In this document: one piece after another, positions 39,417 to 54,637 of the stretch
Numbering within the stretch: the first letter of the stretch is position 1
Layout: each line of letters begins with the position of its first letter
Source of the DNA: Nymphaea colorata
Taxonomy: Eukaryota
Direction: 5' to 3'
Length of the DNA: 64,000 nt
Assembly: GCF_008831285.2 (NCBI RefSeq)
Contig: NC_045138.2
Location: forward strand, 7,316,001-7,380,000
Made by a program: the position numbers and the translations under genes
Notes under the pieces: model-generated
Seen by the model: the letters and a program-made list of their open reading frames with translations, nothing else
Told to the model about the DNA's origin: nothing
Databases searched by the model: none

Positions 39417-40629
39417 CTGCTCAAGGGCATATAGATATCCAGTAAGTGCTCCCAACAAGAAAAGTAAGGGAAAACATAATGTACTAGCATAACACAACTG
39501 ACTCACCCAGTGTTCGCCCATTCACCAACCCAACCAAAACCATGATGTGCTCTGATGAGGTCAACATTTCAGCAGCAAACACAAACAAGAGACACATACT
39601 AAACGGTTAACTTTCAGCTTTCATGTAATGCCAAATTTGTATGGTTCATTTATGATTTCTGAAATTATACAGAAAAAAGAAATTACTTGGTTGTGTTGGC
39701 AGCAATAGGAACTAGCCACTGCAAAGTTTTCTCCATCTCTGCTTTGATTTGAGGAATGGTAAGCTACAGCATCCACACGTATATGTATATGGAATATTAG
39801 TCCAATTGTGATTGAGAAATAACCAATCTAGGAGCAGACTACCACCAAAAGACAACATTAGTATTACATTCAAAATGTACTTTAAGCAACAAAGACAACC
39901 CAGAGCACTCATAACCACAAATGAACCATGAAGTATATATGAGGCTCCCATAACATATATGAAGGTATTCATCTGACTTCCTCCACGTGTCATGAATGAC
40001 ATAGTTGTTTGACTAAGAATATCCATGAAAACCTTCCTCCACGTGGTGGTTTCCTCCTCATGTGCTAGGGTTTATCGTAATAGAGCTATTTGAGCCATGT
40101 TTTAGTGTTTATGCATAAAAGCTGTGCAGCGAGAGCCACAGTCTCTATTTACCTTGTTGTTTCTCGAACAGGCAGCAAGAGAGCTTTAGGTTTTAGTGGT
40201 CCAATGCTTATGATTAAACATTAACAAAATATCCAACACATACAGCAAAGAAAATAAAACAAGTATTATTCTATGATGTCACGCCCCCTGCTTAAAGGCC
40301 ATGAAAAGTTGACAAGTGATCATAAAATATATTCCATAGGTTAAACTTTAAAGGGTAAAGACTTTCAAGTGACATACTTCTTCACTGACAGTGAACGTCA
40401 GTAATTTTGAGCGCAAGGCTAATTTTACACTGGGAGGCAGTCCTTGATACAATGTGTCTCTTGCGTTTGGTGGAATGGAACTTGGACGTGATACCTGCAT
40501 ATTCAACCATTTTACTAATTACCAATTATCCGACAGACAGAAGTCCCGAAAAACACGCACACATACACGTGCATGCAAACTCCACACACGCACACCCACA
40601 TCCACACGCACACCCCCCCCCCCCCCCCC

Positions 40630-40664
<35 letters not shown>

Positions 40665-41472
40665 ATAGTGCCTTCCAAATTTGTGCCTACCATGTCTAAT
40701 GCCAAAAGAAGGTAAAAGCATGTAAGCATGATCAGCACAATTATCTATGCATGCAAATATATATCACAGAAAACCATCTTTTTCTAATTAAGTTCAAACA
40801 CAATAACAAGAGAGGCCAATATTTTCTCAGTGGGAATACATGTTTACATCGATAAACCCATGCAATAGCAAAAGCAATGTTTCTACAGTTGCACATCCAT
40901 TAATATTCCCACAAAAGTATCCATTTCAAGGGAAGAAAGTGATTTGACATACGTGAAACATTTACTGATTATAAAGAAGTCTATTCATACCTAGGAAAAC
41001 ATGGAAGGAGAAACAACATATTACGACTAAATAAACCCACATCACCATTAGAACATTTAATATTAATGTAAATAAGTGTGCAGAGCTTTCCACATTCCAA
41101 TAGACATCTGGTAGTATACATATAAGAAATTCTGATGGAAGCTTGAGCTTCTCCAAATGTGCACCTTTTGCTAAATCCCCAGAAAATGAATTTATTGAAC
41201 TGTGTTAGATTCATGTCATATCACATGGAAAAGATCAGAATATTTGATAGATAGGTGCTTTCTCGAAATGAGAGTACTTGTGGACCCTGAAGTTGAATGG
41301 AAGCTGAAATCCCTTTAACCAGATATTTCATGAGAAAGCCAAGCCATAGTCAGCCCTTGGAAGGAGAATGCCCCCACAAGGAGTATGTATTTTCTATCTC
41401 TTGCTGTAATGATGTTCCATCTCTTTGTTCATTTATGATGATGTCTTGATTGCCATCTGCACTGTAACATCC

Positions 41473-41507
<35 letters not shown>

Positions 41508-44500
41508 TGCAAAGAAGCTACTATCTGAAGCAAATGATCAAAAGCCAACCTGCTAGCGCTAGTTTGCTTACAGAAGTTATCTTAGCAGTGTACCTTGAGA
41601 AGCTACCATCTAAAGCAACCGCAGAATGCCAACCTAGTGATATTAGTGTTCTTACAAAGGTGATCTACATCTTACAGTGCGCTTTAGCAATCACTTTTAT
41701 AACCCAAGTTGTCAAAATCAGAAACCCAACACAAGTCAGACTAGACAAGAGTAGTTGGGTAGTAGATCCAAATTGGTTGACTATAAATAAGTAAACATAT
41801 ACGTATGAAGAAATAAGTTAACCCATCCACTTTTAGAATTTTCAAGATCTTAATGCTACATGACATCTGGTAACTTTTCATTGTCCCTCTTTATATGGAC
41901 CCAAAATACCTTCATTCGTCAATCCTGCTTCCCCATTTCTGAGTCCTGCCTCCCCTTTTGGTTACAGAACACATAAGGAATCACATGTAGGGCCACATGC
42001 ACCCAAGAATAAGTCTTTAGTATCCACTATTTTACAGCAAGGATTAAACATAAAAAAAACGACTAATATTAGAACCAAACATATCAAGAGCATAAAATAT
42101 CCAAATTTGGATGCATAGACTCACAAGGGTGTCAATTTGAGTGATAATATTTGCATAGTGCAATGCAAGGCCAGCTGAACCTAATCTTTGCTGATTGCTC
42201 GAAGCTGCCTTCTTTTCCAGCTTAAGACCTCCTATTCACATCAGAGAGCAATATTTGTTATAAAATGATATTCTCCAAGTGAATAAGTTCATAAAGCAAG
42301 CAGATCAAAATGCATTTAAAGTTTCTATGTGTCATATCTTCATAACTTTGTAAAGCCATATTACTAACATTTTCCATGCAAAACATTAGGACTAACCACA
42401 AAGTACATACACAGTCAAATTTCAGAGAACCATACGTCTATAAGGGACTATATGTATGTCTTTTCCCAAGGGGTGTGGCACAACTGGTTGGGAAAGTGAC
42501 TGGCAGGTGGCCAGTCACTTGTTCAGATCTAAGAGGTGCCCACCCTTGGATAAAGCCAATGCAGGCCTGGACCATAGGGGCCAGGAAACGGCAAGTAAAA
42601 TACCAAATAAGCACTTAGAAAATAACATCATAGTGCACTTGTAAATCAATCAACTTTATGTTGACCACTGGGTACAGATAATCCCAACACAGCCTCAACA
42701 TTTCCAAGTGACAGACTGCATAAGGTTGGTAATGCCTTGTGTCCATAGAATTAAAAAGATCCCTCTTAATTCTGATTGGCTGATACTATGGTATAAAGTG
42801 AACACAAAAACAGTTACATTGTTGGTTATTCTGGAGGAAACTGCTATAAGTTCAGCAGCCTTAGCAAGTAGGATGAGAAAGACATGAACGCATAGGACAT
42901 TTAGTGTCAGTAAAATAAAGTTTAGTTTAGTTCAAGGGAAAAATCACCCCATTTTTTGTTCATTACAGAAGTTTGAGAGCTAATCTCTGTAGTTCTTGAA
43001 ATAGCAGACCTTGCTAATGTTGTACATTTCTCAAATCTCATTGAAACTGTGTCACAAAAGCTTCTCATATTTGCTAAAACTGGTCCTAATATAAAATTCA
43101 ATTGTATAAGGGAAAAAGAGATGTTACACTAAATGAATGCATATCTCCATCATCTTCTTCGAGGGAAATTCACTTAACATTCTCTAGATATTGCAGGTTG
43201 CAGCCTTGTTGAAAAATTTTACAGGAATTGCAAACAACCTTATTTTGTGTTCATTAATTGACATCAATGTCTCTGAACACAATGCATTGACAGAGACTTT
43301 TTCCTGAGTCATTTTCCAATGAAAAGACTTGTCACTGAGGCCCCCATTTGTCTCAAGCTTCAGGAAAGGAAAAGTTTTTTATGGGAAACGAATAGTCCAG
43401 GGAAAGCAAGAGCTCCAAGAACGAATTTTCCTGACAAACTTTTGAAAGAGTGCTGTTGATACTGCATGCATGTAACGGCACAAGTTTTAACAGGTTCCCA
43501 TCATTCTACCTCTTTATCTGCAGGACCCGTTTTGGTGTAAAATGAAGCATTCATGGGATCAAAATCAAGAGAAAGAAAGAGAGAGATAGAGTTGAACAGA
43601 AACAAGGAAGACACTAAAAGTCTACAACCATGAAGATAAGAAGAGAGTGTCCTTTTTCCCGAGAACAAAGTAGAGGAAGTTTAGCAGGCAAAGCAAAGTC
43701 ATTGGGGGAAGATGCCACACAACTTCACCATCAAAAATATGCTTCCGGTCTTCTCTTCTTCTTCTTTTTTTTTTTTTTTTGTCCTTCCCTCACATTAGGC
43801 CACAGAGTATAATATTACTTCAATTTTTTTTTTTTCAATCCCTCAGGAAAAATCATCATTTTCATGGCAAAATTTGCGATTTTGACAGGAAACTGAGTCA
43901 ACGGACAGGGCCTAAGCACTATGGAAGGTTGAGAATTAGAGTATGGCATTGTCTATTTTGAAGGTCAATAACAAGAGTACAGCACTGCCTATTTTATAAC
44001 GATTCTCACAGCAATGGACTACTAAAACATGGAATATGAGAAAAAACAGAAGTTAAAAATTTGCATAGCTATGCAAGAGATGAGAACACAATAGTCACAG
44101 ACATAATTATAGATCAAGAAGGCTAGAATAACATGTTATGGATAACATAAAATTTTGCAAAACACAAATTCTTGATGTTTTTCCTTTTTCTTGTATGGAC
44201 TTGTAAGGCAAATTTCTGAGAAAATCCAAACTCTACCTTATGGCCTGTGTTTATATGTTTCTTTGAAGTTTGAACCTATAATTCAATGCTCCTTTATGAC
44301 ACACTAAAGGTATCTGTGCAGTTAACTTAATTGTACAAACTACAAAGAGACGTTGCAAGCCAGCTAAGTCCAGGCAAACAATATTCAGTACATAAAAAAG
44401 CACCTGAATTTTAATACTGCACATTAAGTGTATGGTAATTTGCATCAGCATCTATCAGAAAAAATTGCATCAACAGACTATAAACATTTTCCTCTAAATA

Positions 44501-47500
44501 ATGCTACAATAGACTCTTTAACTTATGCAAACAAACATCCATTAAGAATCAATAATTGTGAAAACATTCAGAGAAAGCTAGTTTACATGAGAATGCAGTC
44601 AGTTTCATACAAGTTAGATGGTGAGATTATGAAAACTTTGTTGTTGACAAATATATTGGCATCTTCAAACGTTTGATTAGGCTACTCAGCCACAATGCAG
44701 CCTCACAAAATAATGTTTATTTTAATTATTAGTTCAAGTTTAACTATGGGGTCTTAAGGCAAAAAACGATTCTTTTAAAAAAAATATTGCATATATTTTT
44801 ATTATAAATATACATAAGTTATATTACATTTTATACACCTATATGCTATTTGTTGTATCTAATTTAATTTCCAATACGTATTAGCCATAAATGTTCCTAT
44901 CATTTCCAAATTCTACATGCTGCCTAAGCACATGTAATGGTTCACCAGACCTAGCATCACCTCAACACTGTTTCACAACATAGATTTGCTTTCCAGATTT
45001 ATAGTAGAGTCTATCTTACTTCTTTGATTTTTAAAGAATAACATCAAGAAGCCCTCAATGTAAGATGTAAATTTACCAAATATGCCTTCTCCTACTTATA
45101 CATCTCTAACACATCTTTAACGACATTCAGTTTAATTTAAATTCTTTATTCTGACTTTCTGCATTTTAATTAGAAGGTAGAAAATAAGGACAATTCATAA
45201 AATTAGTTTTGAAGGGGACCTGTGGCAGATAAGTAAAGAAATTTTAGAATAGAAAGAGACGTGTAAATACAGTTAAACAGATTTGCACACATACCATCAC
45301 CCCCAAAAGCTTCATGGATTTCTAGATGCAGAAAGTGAACAATGTCTACAAGTTTCTCCATAACCTGCAAAAGGAAAAGATGATATTGTGCTTCCAATGG
45401 GAAGATAATTTCAGAAGCATGTTTAAGTCGTGACTGACCACAATAGTTCAACTAGACTTAAGCTTGAGAGAAGTGTCACAAAATAACCCTATACAACGAC
45501 TCACTTGTACATGGGCTGTGGCCCTTTTCTTAGTTATGCTCGTTCTGATTAATTCCATTACATGTATCGAGTCAATAATTTAACACAGGAACCACAATCA
45601 CAAATATTGGATTTTCAAAATATTGCATTATATCATAAAAAAAGCATAAGCCATTTTTAAATGGAAATACTTGCAATATTTTCAAAAAATGCAAAATCAT
45701 ATTTCTCAACGATAATATTGCAATATCATCACAATATTTTCCCATTATTAAAAAAAAATCCTTCTTTTCGTGAATGTTTCCAATATTTTTTTATCTTAAA
45801 ATTTTGTTAGTTATTTTCAACTTTATCAATATCTTTATAAGAAAAACAGTACAGAACTTTCAATTGTATGACTTTTCTATTTTTATATGGTTAAATTTTG
45901 AATTCTGAAGAATTTTCTGAGAAAAATAATTTTGGTCGAACAAAACACAAGAAAAAGCCTTGTCATACAAAGCAGAGAATGATATTGTTTACCATGATAG
46001 GAGCAAGTTAACTTGCAGATTGAATGCCTTAACTAGATAATATTAGAAATGACTGGTGGCCAATCTTGCCCAAGTTATATTCATGAGATGATTTTTCATA
46101 TTTGAACATTCAGGTTTTTGTGATAAAATAGGTATAATCCTAATGAGAACTCTTAAACTTGATTTGAAAAAATTAAGAATCTCTCTGAATGTAACGTCAA
46201 TGTGGCTTTTCATAAATATTTAAGTTGGGAAATTTGAAAACATTGTATATCCATACTCAAGCTGCATTGGCCTACGAGTACCCATTGACTTGCGATTGGC
46301 AGCCACCTGAATGGGGTCTAGATCATGGTACAAAAGCCAATGCAAGCCAGAGACTTCCAGGCACATTGGTTACCAATGTAAACAGCATACTGAATATTAG
46401 GGAAAAAAAATCAATCGAACAACTAAGCCTGTATGAAGCTATAAGTTAGAAGTAGGATCTGCAAGTGTCAAGTGGAAAGGAATTTGCCAACCATATTGCT
46501 TATGAAATATCAAGGAAGATAGTACTGAGTATATACCTCTTCCAAAATCTTTGACCACAGGGATTTCTTCTTTAAACTTCTTACATGCTTATTTTGACTT
46601 TTCAGCTCTGCTCTTAACATGGAAATGCTGTCCCCTGAAGATCAGAAAAAGGTCTTAACCACTTGTAACTGCAAAGAGATCCAGTCCTATTGATAAAGAG
46701 TAGAAAACGTGGGTTCCTTTTGCAAACTTTCAGAAAACAAAAAAACATCAATTGTTACTCAACAATTTAAGAAAAATCTAAAAACATGTTTAATAAGTTT
46801 GGCATAACCTGCCAAATCAGAACATGACAGATTTTTCTGTAACAACTGTTGCACCTATCATATACCTGAGGAGGACTATATCTTTAAAAAAAGATCTAGT
46901 TCAATCTAAATTGGATTTTAAAAAAGAAATTATAGAAAAATTAGGTAATAGAAAAAGCAGAATGTTTCATAACTGCATGCCAAAGCATGGCAACTCCTTC
47001 AAATCAGGCCATGACATGCTGATTCGGTAACCATTGCATTAAGAAAAATTTAGTCTGTAGTCTCCAAGCAAGCAACAGAAAAGTCAACTTCAAAGGAGAA
47101 CTTAAAAGGTATGAATTCTTTCACAGACAGAGCTTAAGAAGACCTATGAATTTTAAACAGAAAAAGAGGAAGTAATAACTACTTAATAATAAAATGACAG
47201 ATGAAGAATAAAAGCAAGTTTTGTTACTAACGTTGAGTTTCAAGGAACACTCAAGCATATATAACCTTAAACTAAAGTAATTATGTCACAATAAAATATC
47301 TGATCATCATCTATAAAATATCAGATATATCTGCAAGTATAGCTTTATTTGTAAATGTACATGAGAAGAAAAGCCAACCTCGCTGAGCTGCAGTAGGATT
47401 TTCTTCTTCCTGAAGCTTCCGTCTATAGTCCTGGTCAAATCTGTCTAACGCATGCAACTCATGGTACAACTCCTGTGAGAAACAAAAACTATGAATATGT

Positions 47501-50233
47501 TTTCATTAAAAGTCCAAGAAAAAAAAGCTAAAATTGGAGTCAGTTAGAAGATAGAAGGTGGAAGGTTGGCAATATCCAAAAACTAGCAAGTGAAAGATAA
47601 AGGTTAACAAACATGAATGCACAAAAGAGAATGAAGTAGATGCGTAAAATCATTTTTTGAAAACAAGCAGCAATAAAATCATTCATCAACAGTAAAGGCC
47701 AAACAATCTCACCTACACTTTCCGTGATGACATAACTAGAATTGGCTTTAGATATTAACAGTTAGTGGTGCGCAAAGAGTCCAGCTACTTGAGCTAACGA
47801 ATCTAGCTCGACTCAAGTTCGACTCCTTTATTAAAATGAGCCGGATTTGAATAAAAAAATTAAAAGTCATCTTCTTTAACAAGTCAAGCATGGCCAGGTG
47901 AACACAGCTCCTTTAGGCTCAAGTAAGCTCATTAGAAACATATATAGCCAATTCCTTCCTTATACTGGGTGTCTAATATGCCTTTCTGAAAGAAGGTCTC
48001 CTTTTCAAATTCACATGTTGCAATTTCATTTTCAAATTTGGATGGCAGGCTCAAATTGAAAAAAGAGTGTGAACTATATGACTAGCAATCACACTTTTCA
48101 TGAGCAGACAACTAAGTTTTCAAAACTAGAAGTCAAATGCAAGCTATTCCAGACCTTAAAAATACTAACTGGTATTAGTTGGTCTGAGTCTGCCACATAT
48201 ATATATATATATATATACTAATCTTATGGATGAACAGTCATGTTGGTGGTATCCTGCTGCCTTACACTAATGGCAGTCTTTTAGGACGTCTTTGCTCATC
48301 AATAGTAACTAGTCTGACTAATTGATCTGGTGTGCAGACACAGGTCGGTTGACAACCATTTAGTTAAACTAAAGGGTTTTGACTATAAAGAAGGAGAAAG
48401 CATATCCAGATGGATTGCCACAGTGTCAAAGAAGCATCCTTAAGGTATCATTTGATGCCCTGGAAAAATGGAATTGGAATCATGATTCCAGAAAAATGTT
48501 TCCAGGAATAGCTGGAATGGGAACTGTGGTCCCCATTCCAGTTTTAACAGCATGTGTGATGGACAGGAATGGAGTTTCCAGAAGGAGTTTTCCCTTGTTT
48601 GACGAAATGGAATGGGTTTGCTGGTTATTCCACCCCTGCTCACAGTGAACACATCGACATCTGAGATGGTTAGCAAAACTACCTGCTGCTTATAAGAACC
48701 AAAAAATTATTCCATACATTGTAGGAGCCGCCACCCGCTTGATGGAGGACAACACGATTACCTAAAACCCTAAAACCTTGTATGCCCAAGACAACTACAT
48801 AGAGGTCCACAAGAAGGTGTGGAAGTCCTGCTCTGCTCTCCTCTGCTTTCTGGTGTCGCCTGACCCTCTCTGCTTCTCATCAGATCACTGCTGAGTCCTC
48901 CACCTCCGCAAGCTCCTCATAATGTCAAGGCTTGGCTGCCTCCGCTTCAACCACTTTCCCATTGTCCGCAATGCTCTCGACCTCTCGGACGGCTTCGAGC
49001 AGTCAGCCATCTCGTGAATCATAATTTCTTCTGCGTCTGCGATGAAGATGGAATCAATGGAGCATGGGAACCCCTAACAGGCAGAAAACCGATGCTGGGA
49101 TGCCCGTTTGACCCCTCGCAGTGGGACAGGTCTTCCAGAATGGCGATGTTAGAATCCACCACAACAGGCAAAAAACAAATGCCCTGTTTGATGGAACCAG
49201 AAACCAATTCAAAATTTTGAATTCGGATTCCCATTCTACAGTGAAATCCTGGGTGATCAAACAGGCCTTAAAGAATCTTAAGTGCCATCTGGGTATAAAG
49301 AATCTTAAGTGCCATCTGGGTATCAAATAATGGACTTTTTACATTGAGGCCCCCGTAGGACCCAGATTTATGTTCTCAATTGGCTTTCTTTTCAAGTGTA
49401 TATATTATGTTGGCCTTTTTGTAGTAGTTATGCTTCTCTAGAAGGTTTTAACCTATGGAATAAAAAAGGTATCATGACTTAATATTTGTGAATTTACCAA
49501 GCATTAGTGTTTATCAAGTAATAAAAGTATCTCATCATCTTGAGAGTGATACTTTTGTAGCCTTTCTATTTAATGGTTTGAGAAGGCTTCTGATTTTAAA
49601 ACAGGCATAGTGTCACCACTTTGAGGCCACTAGATCCTGACCTCCTAATTCTAACACAGTCATCTGGGTCTATTTTTCTCATTCGATATATATATATATC
49701 TGTGTGTGTGTGTGTGTGTCCCTGTACGCCAAGCATTTGGTGTAAAGCATACGCTCCTCATCGAATATCCGACCACCCCAACACCTTGCGAGTACCATGT
49801 GGGGGGAGGTTGTTGCCTCCCCTCTACGGTGCCAATAATGCCCAGTGGGAGGTCGCCAACAGCCCAAAACCACCAATGACACTTCGCCAGGCATCACAGA
49901 CTCACAGCACCACGGTGGGGAGGTCAATGGCTTCCGCTAGTGCAATTTGCAGTAGGTGAGGTGATCACCAGCCCCCGATGCCACCAGGGACGGCTTGGCG
50001 AGGTGTCAGTGGTGGTCTTGGGCCTTCAATGATGCCTTGCAGAACCATTCCCGACAGCATCGTGGAAAGCGACCATATTCCCCTCCTAAAAAAGGGGGCA
50101 GTGGCGAGGGGAGGCAATGGCCTCCCAGCAGCAATGCTCATGGCCTCCCCCTGCATAGTCAGGGAGTGACCATGATTTTTTTTTTTTAAGGAGCATCATG
50201 CCCATTATGCCAGAGCATTGGCATAATGGGAGA

Positions 50234-50276
<43 letters not shown>

Positions 50277-53200
50277 CATATATATATAACACTAGCATGT
50301 ATTACATGCATGTACATGCATATGGATTCGAGAGTATGCATTCTGCAAATATCCACATATGCAAGATCACCATCAAGTTTTCCAGCCTTTCACAATAGAA
50401 ACAATATCTTTGAATAACTATCAGGCTTCAAATTATGTTCACTTTGGTAATGCATGTAGAGATATTAAAATAAAAGTGTTGATGTCCACAAACCTCAAAT
50501 CCAAATAACCAACCATAAGCATCAAATTACTTATCACAGAGAGTCACTAACACTTCCTAAATTGAATAGGTGTACCACATTGATACCCCGAATCATGTAA
50601 AAGCAAGTTAGCAGCACAACCAATTTTCCAGGCATACAATGAAATCTAGAACATTCATTTCAATTCACAAGGGCAATTTCTACTCACAGCTGTACACTGA
50701 ACCAAACCCATTAGCTGCTGCATAATACTTTCCGCCTCTTCCTTTAATTGTTTTTGAGGTGTAAGTTCTAAACCAAGTCTGACATATAAACATGTAAGAC
50801 GGTTAAGAAAGTAAAATAAAATACCAGAATTACAATCTAAGAAAACAAAATTTGCAAACGTGTCTACAGAATCTGGATTACTTTTCAAAATAGCGGTCTA
50901 GATTATGCCATTGAGGATCTTTACAACGATTTCCAAAGCGCACTACTTCACCAGCAAAGATACTCAGCTCTTCCCTGCAGCGAATAATAAATACTTAAAC
51001 TGGATAGAACTTTTTTGGAGAAGGCAAAAACAATGATTACTTCCAACTTCTCAGAAGAAGAAAGGTTAAACAAGAGGAAAACAAATACTGGTGATATTTA
51101 CCTTTTGTCAGAAGCAGCAATTCTTAGTAGTTCATTTGTGTCTGAAGAGATCAGCCGCTTAACACCTTCTGAAGGCAGAACCACTTCCTTCAGGTATCTT
51201 ATATTTTCCTTTGAAAGAGATTGCATAAGGTTTGCACCTTTAACTATTGTATTAGCAACCTCAAATGACAAAATTGCTATTTTACTGCCTTTTGATGTGG
51301 CCCCTGATGCAAACCCAGAGTTCAGGTTCAAATTGGTCATGCTACTTCCAAGTGTGTCCAAAACCTCTACTGCCTTACCAAGCCCAACTGTACCAGCTCT
51401 CCCCAAAAGTGAACTCACTTCTGATACCTGTTACAGGCTAAAATGTTAAAGAAGGCATCAACAGAATTGCAGCATAAAACAAAATGTTAACACATAGAAG
51501 CACCAGTACAAGCCAAACCACGATCTACTCAATAGAAGTACAAGTAGCAGAGCTCACCAGCAGCAACAACCTTAAAATAAATCATGTCTATGGTGAACCA
51601 TAATAGTATAAGGAATAAAACTTGGCGGTCCTTGTCAGGTGTTTGAAAACTCAGCCGAATCAACCTAGTTGACTCAGCTGACTTAGTAGCTCAGCCATCA
51701 ACCTAGTCAAAAAATGAAAAACAAGGACATTGACAAGACTTTGCCAAATCATGAGATGGCCTGGCCAAGTCAGCAAATTTCCACAAAATCACAAGTTGGC
51801 TTAACTAAGTCATTTAGATATCTAAATATCTAATGTATATGCATGCATTGCACAATCATTCACAATGCAAATGATATTAAAATGTGTGTTTATATATATA
51901 TCAGTTCAGGACCATAAGCCATCCAATCAACAAGATTGAACAGTTCACATATAAACACTATGTGTATGTTGTTAAGTTTGTACATATGGATCAGGTCACC
52001 CAGACCCGACCCATTTGATCCACACGTCCAACACATCATGGGCAGTGGCATACTTGTAAAACTTATTGTTATTTTGTGTATTTTATGATGTACCCTAAAT
52101 CGTGATTAGTATATAATGATAACAAGAGGCAGACGTCATTCGTTGCTGCTCTCTTTCATCTCTCTCTTGCTTGGACGTGCAGCCCACTTCCCTCTTCCTC
52201 CTCTTGCATCTAAGTTCATTCGGTGGTTTGGTATTAGATATCAAAATCTTATATGGTATCATAGCAGGTTTGGCCACTGAGAATGTTCGGTAAGAATCTC
52301 TAATTTCTGCCCTAATCTTTGTTTCTTTTCTGCCCTAATCCTCAAATCTGTATTTTCTGCCCTAATCCGCAAATTTCTGCCCTAACCCTAATCCCCAAAT
52401 TTCTGCCCTAACCCTAATCTGCCCTAATCCTATTGTCTGCCCTACCGTCAACCCCTAACCCTAATCTCAAAATTTCTATTTTTTCCCTATTTTCTGATTA
52501 TTGCATTTATGGATCCCCACTGCAATTCCAGCATCTTGTCGTCCAATTTCCTCTCCCAACTCATCTCACAAAAGCTAAATCATACCAATTATTTGACATG
52601 AAAATTGGAAACGTCAAATAATCCCGTTCAGTCACCGTCTCTATGAACATCTCAATGGCACCACACCTGCGCCACCTGAATGGATTATGCGAGAGGTGAA
52701 GAATGCTGCAGGGCAAGTTCAAGAGACCATTGCAGAAATCAATCCTGAATATGAGATGTGGATGGCTCATGATCAATCTCTCGTTGCTTATATCACCTCC
52801 ACACTATCAGAGGAAGTTTTGGCGGGCGTTGATGATGATCTTTCAGCACTTGAGTTGTGGAATGTACTTGCTACCACATATTCTCAAGTATCAGAAGCGA
52901 GATTTCCACAACTCAAGAGGCAATTTCAGGATATCAAGCGAGGCACACGTTCAGTCTTGGAATATATACATGAGATCAAAAATGTCAGCGATCAGCTTGC
53001 CATCATAGGGCATCCAGTCAGTGACAAGGACAAGGTACAACAGGCTTTGAGTGGATTGAGGCCAGAATTTGATGTTTTCTGCACTGCATTAGAGGTATTG
53101 TCTGTTCTTCCCTCTTTTAAAGACTGAAAGCAAAATTGCAAGTCGTGTACAGTGACATGAATTAGTTCATTCTGGCGGTCACAATGTATTGGTCACTGGG

Positions 53201-54595
53201 ACCCATGCTTTACAAGGAAGTCGTCCAAGAGTTTGGAACTCACAGGTAGGGATGGGGAGAGGTATCCTTCCTACACCTAACACAAATGCACAGGCAAATG
53301 TACCACGAAGGATACCTACTTGTTTTTATTGCAATAAAAGAGGTCATGTGAAATCAGAATGTTGGCATAACCCACAGAACAAGGGAAAACAGGTCAGGCA
53401 TGACAATAAGGCAGCAAGGTCATCTGTTTCGAACACGACTGCGGCATCGAACATTTCCCCTGATGTGCAACAGATTCTAATGACAGCAGATTCTCGTTAC
53501 ACTTGGATTCACTTCATGAAAAGCAAATCAGAAGTTTTCCGCTTGTTCACCTAATTTTACGCCTTGGTCCAAAACAAATACTCTAGTAATATCGTGCATT
53601 TCCAATGTGATGGTGGTGGTGAGTTCATTTCAAATGAATTTACTGAGTACTTACTAAATCATGAGATCACCATACAGATTTCCTGTCCACACACACCACA
53701 ACAGAATGGTATTGCTGAAAGAAAACATAGGCACATAGTTGAAAGCTCTCAGTATGATGCATAACACTGATGTGCCCATGACTTTATAGACTGAAGCCTT
53801 CCATACTGCTGTTCATGTTATTAATCGACTGCCACTATCCATGAAGGAAAATCTCCATTCTTTATTTTACATCAAGAACAACCAAATTATGATGAGCTAC
53901 GTGTTTTTGGATGCATCTGTTATGTTCATGTTGATGTTTCTTTGAGAAATAAGTTTCAAGATCGAGCTGTCATGTGTAGATTTGTGGGTTATGCAGAAAA
54001 TTATAAAGGCTATCGCTGCTACAATCCAAAAATTGGACGCGTGCATATTTCACGACATGTTGTTTTTGATGAGCTCAAGTTGAAGGATTTAAAGAAGCCA
54101 CATGCAACACTTAATGTTAGAAATGATGTTTATGACTCATGGCTGAATGCTGAAATATTAGACTATATATAATGATAAAAACATGATACTTTCAGAATAA
54201 ATGTTTGATGACTGATAGAGAACCGTTTGCTGGTTGTGTAAGGTTAAATCTGGACAGTCCCAGGAATAAAGATCAACAAGTTAAGGAGCATATCATGTCA
54301 ACTAAGAAAGATGTCTCACCATAAAAGAGGGGAAAATCATATGGAGTGCATCAATTCCCTTAGCAGCATCAGATATAACACTTGTACAGGAAACAAAAGA
54401 AAAGCACATACTTTATTCTAATCTAATATTTTCTAAAGGAATGAACTGAAATAGCTCAATGGAGTAGCAAGATTTGGGAGCTACAAAGCAATGACAGCTT
54501 GCCAGCATACATCTGACATCAATGACAACAGAGACAGCACATTGCAAGGGAAGTAGTGACAAGACTTCATATATATATATACATACATACATACC

Positions 54596-54637
<42 letters not shown>

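Noticed and set aside
49270..49323. 27-bp tandem duplication (similar 21-bp one at 54797-54838)
   Set aside because: Ordinary slippage-type duplications with no evident function.
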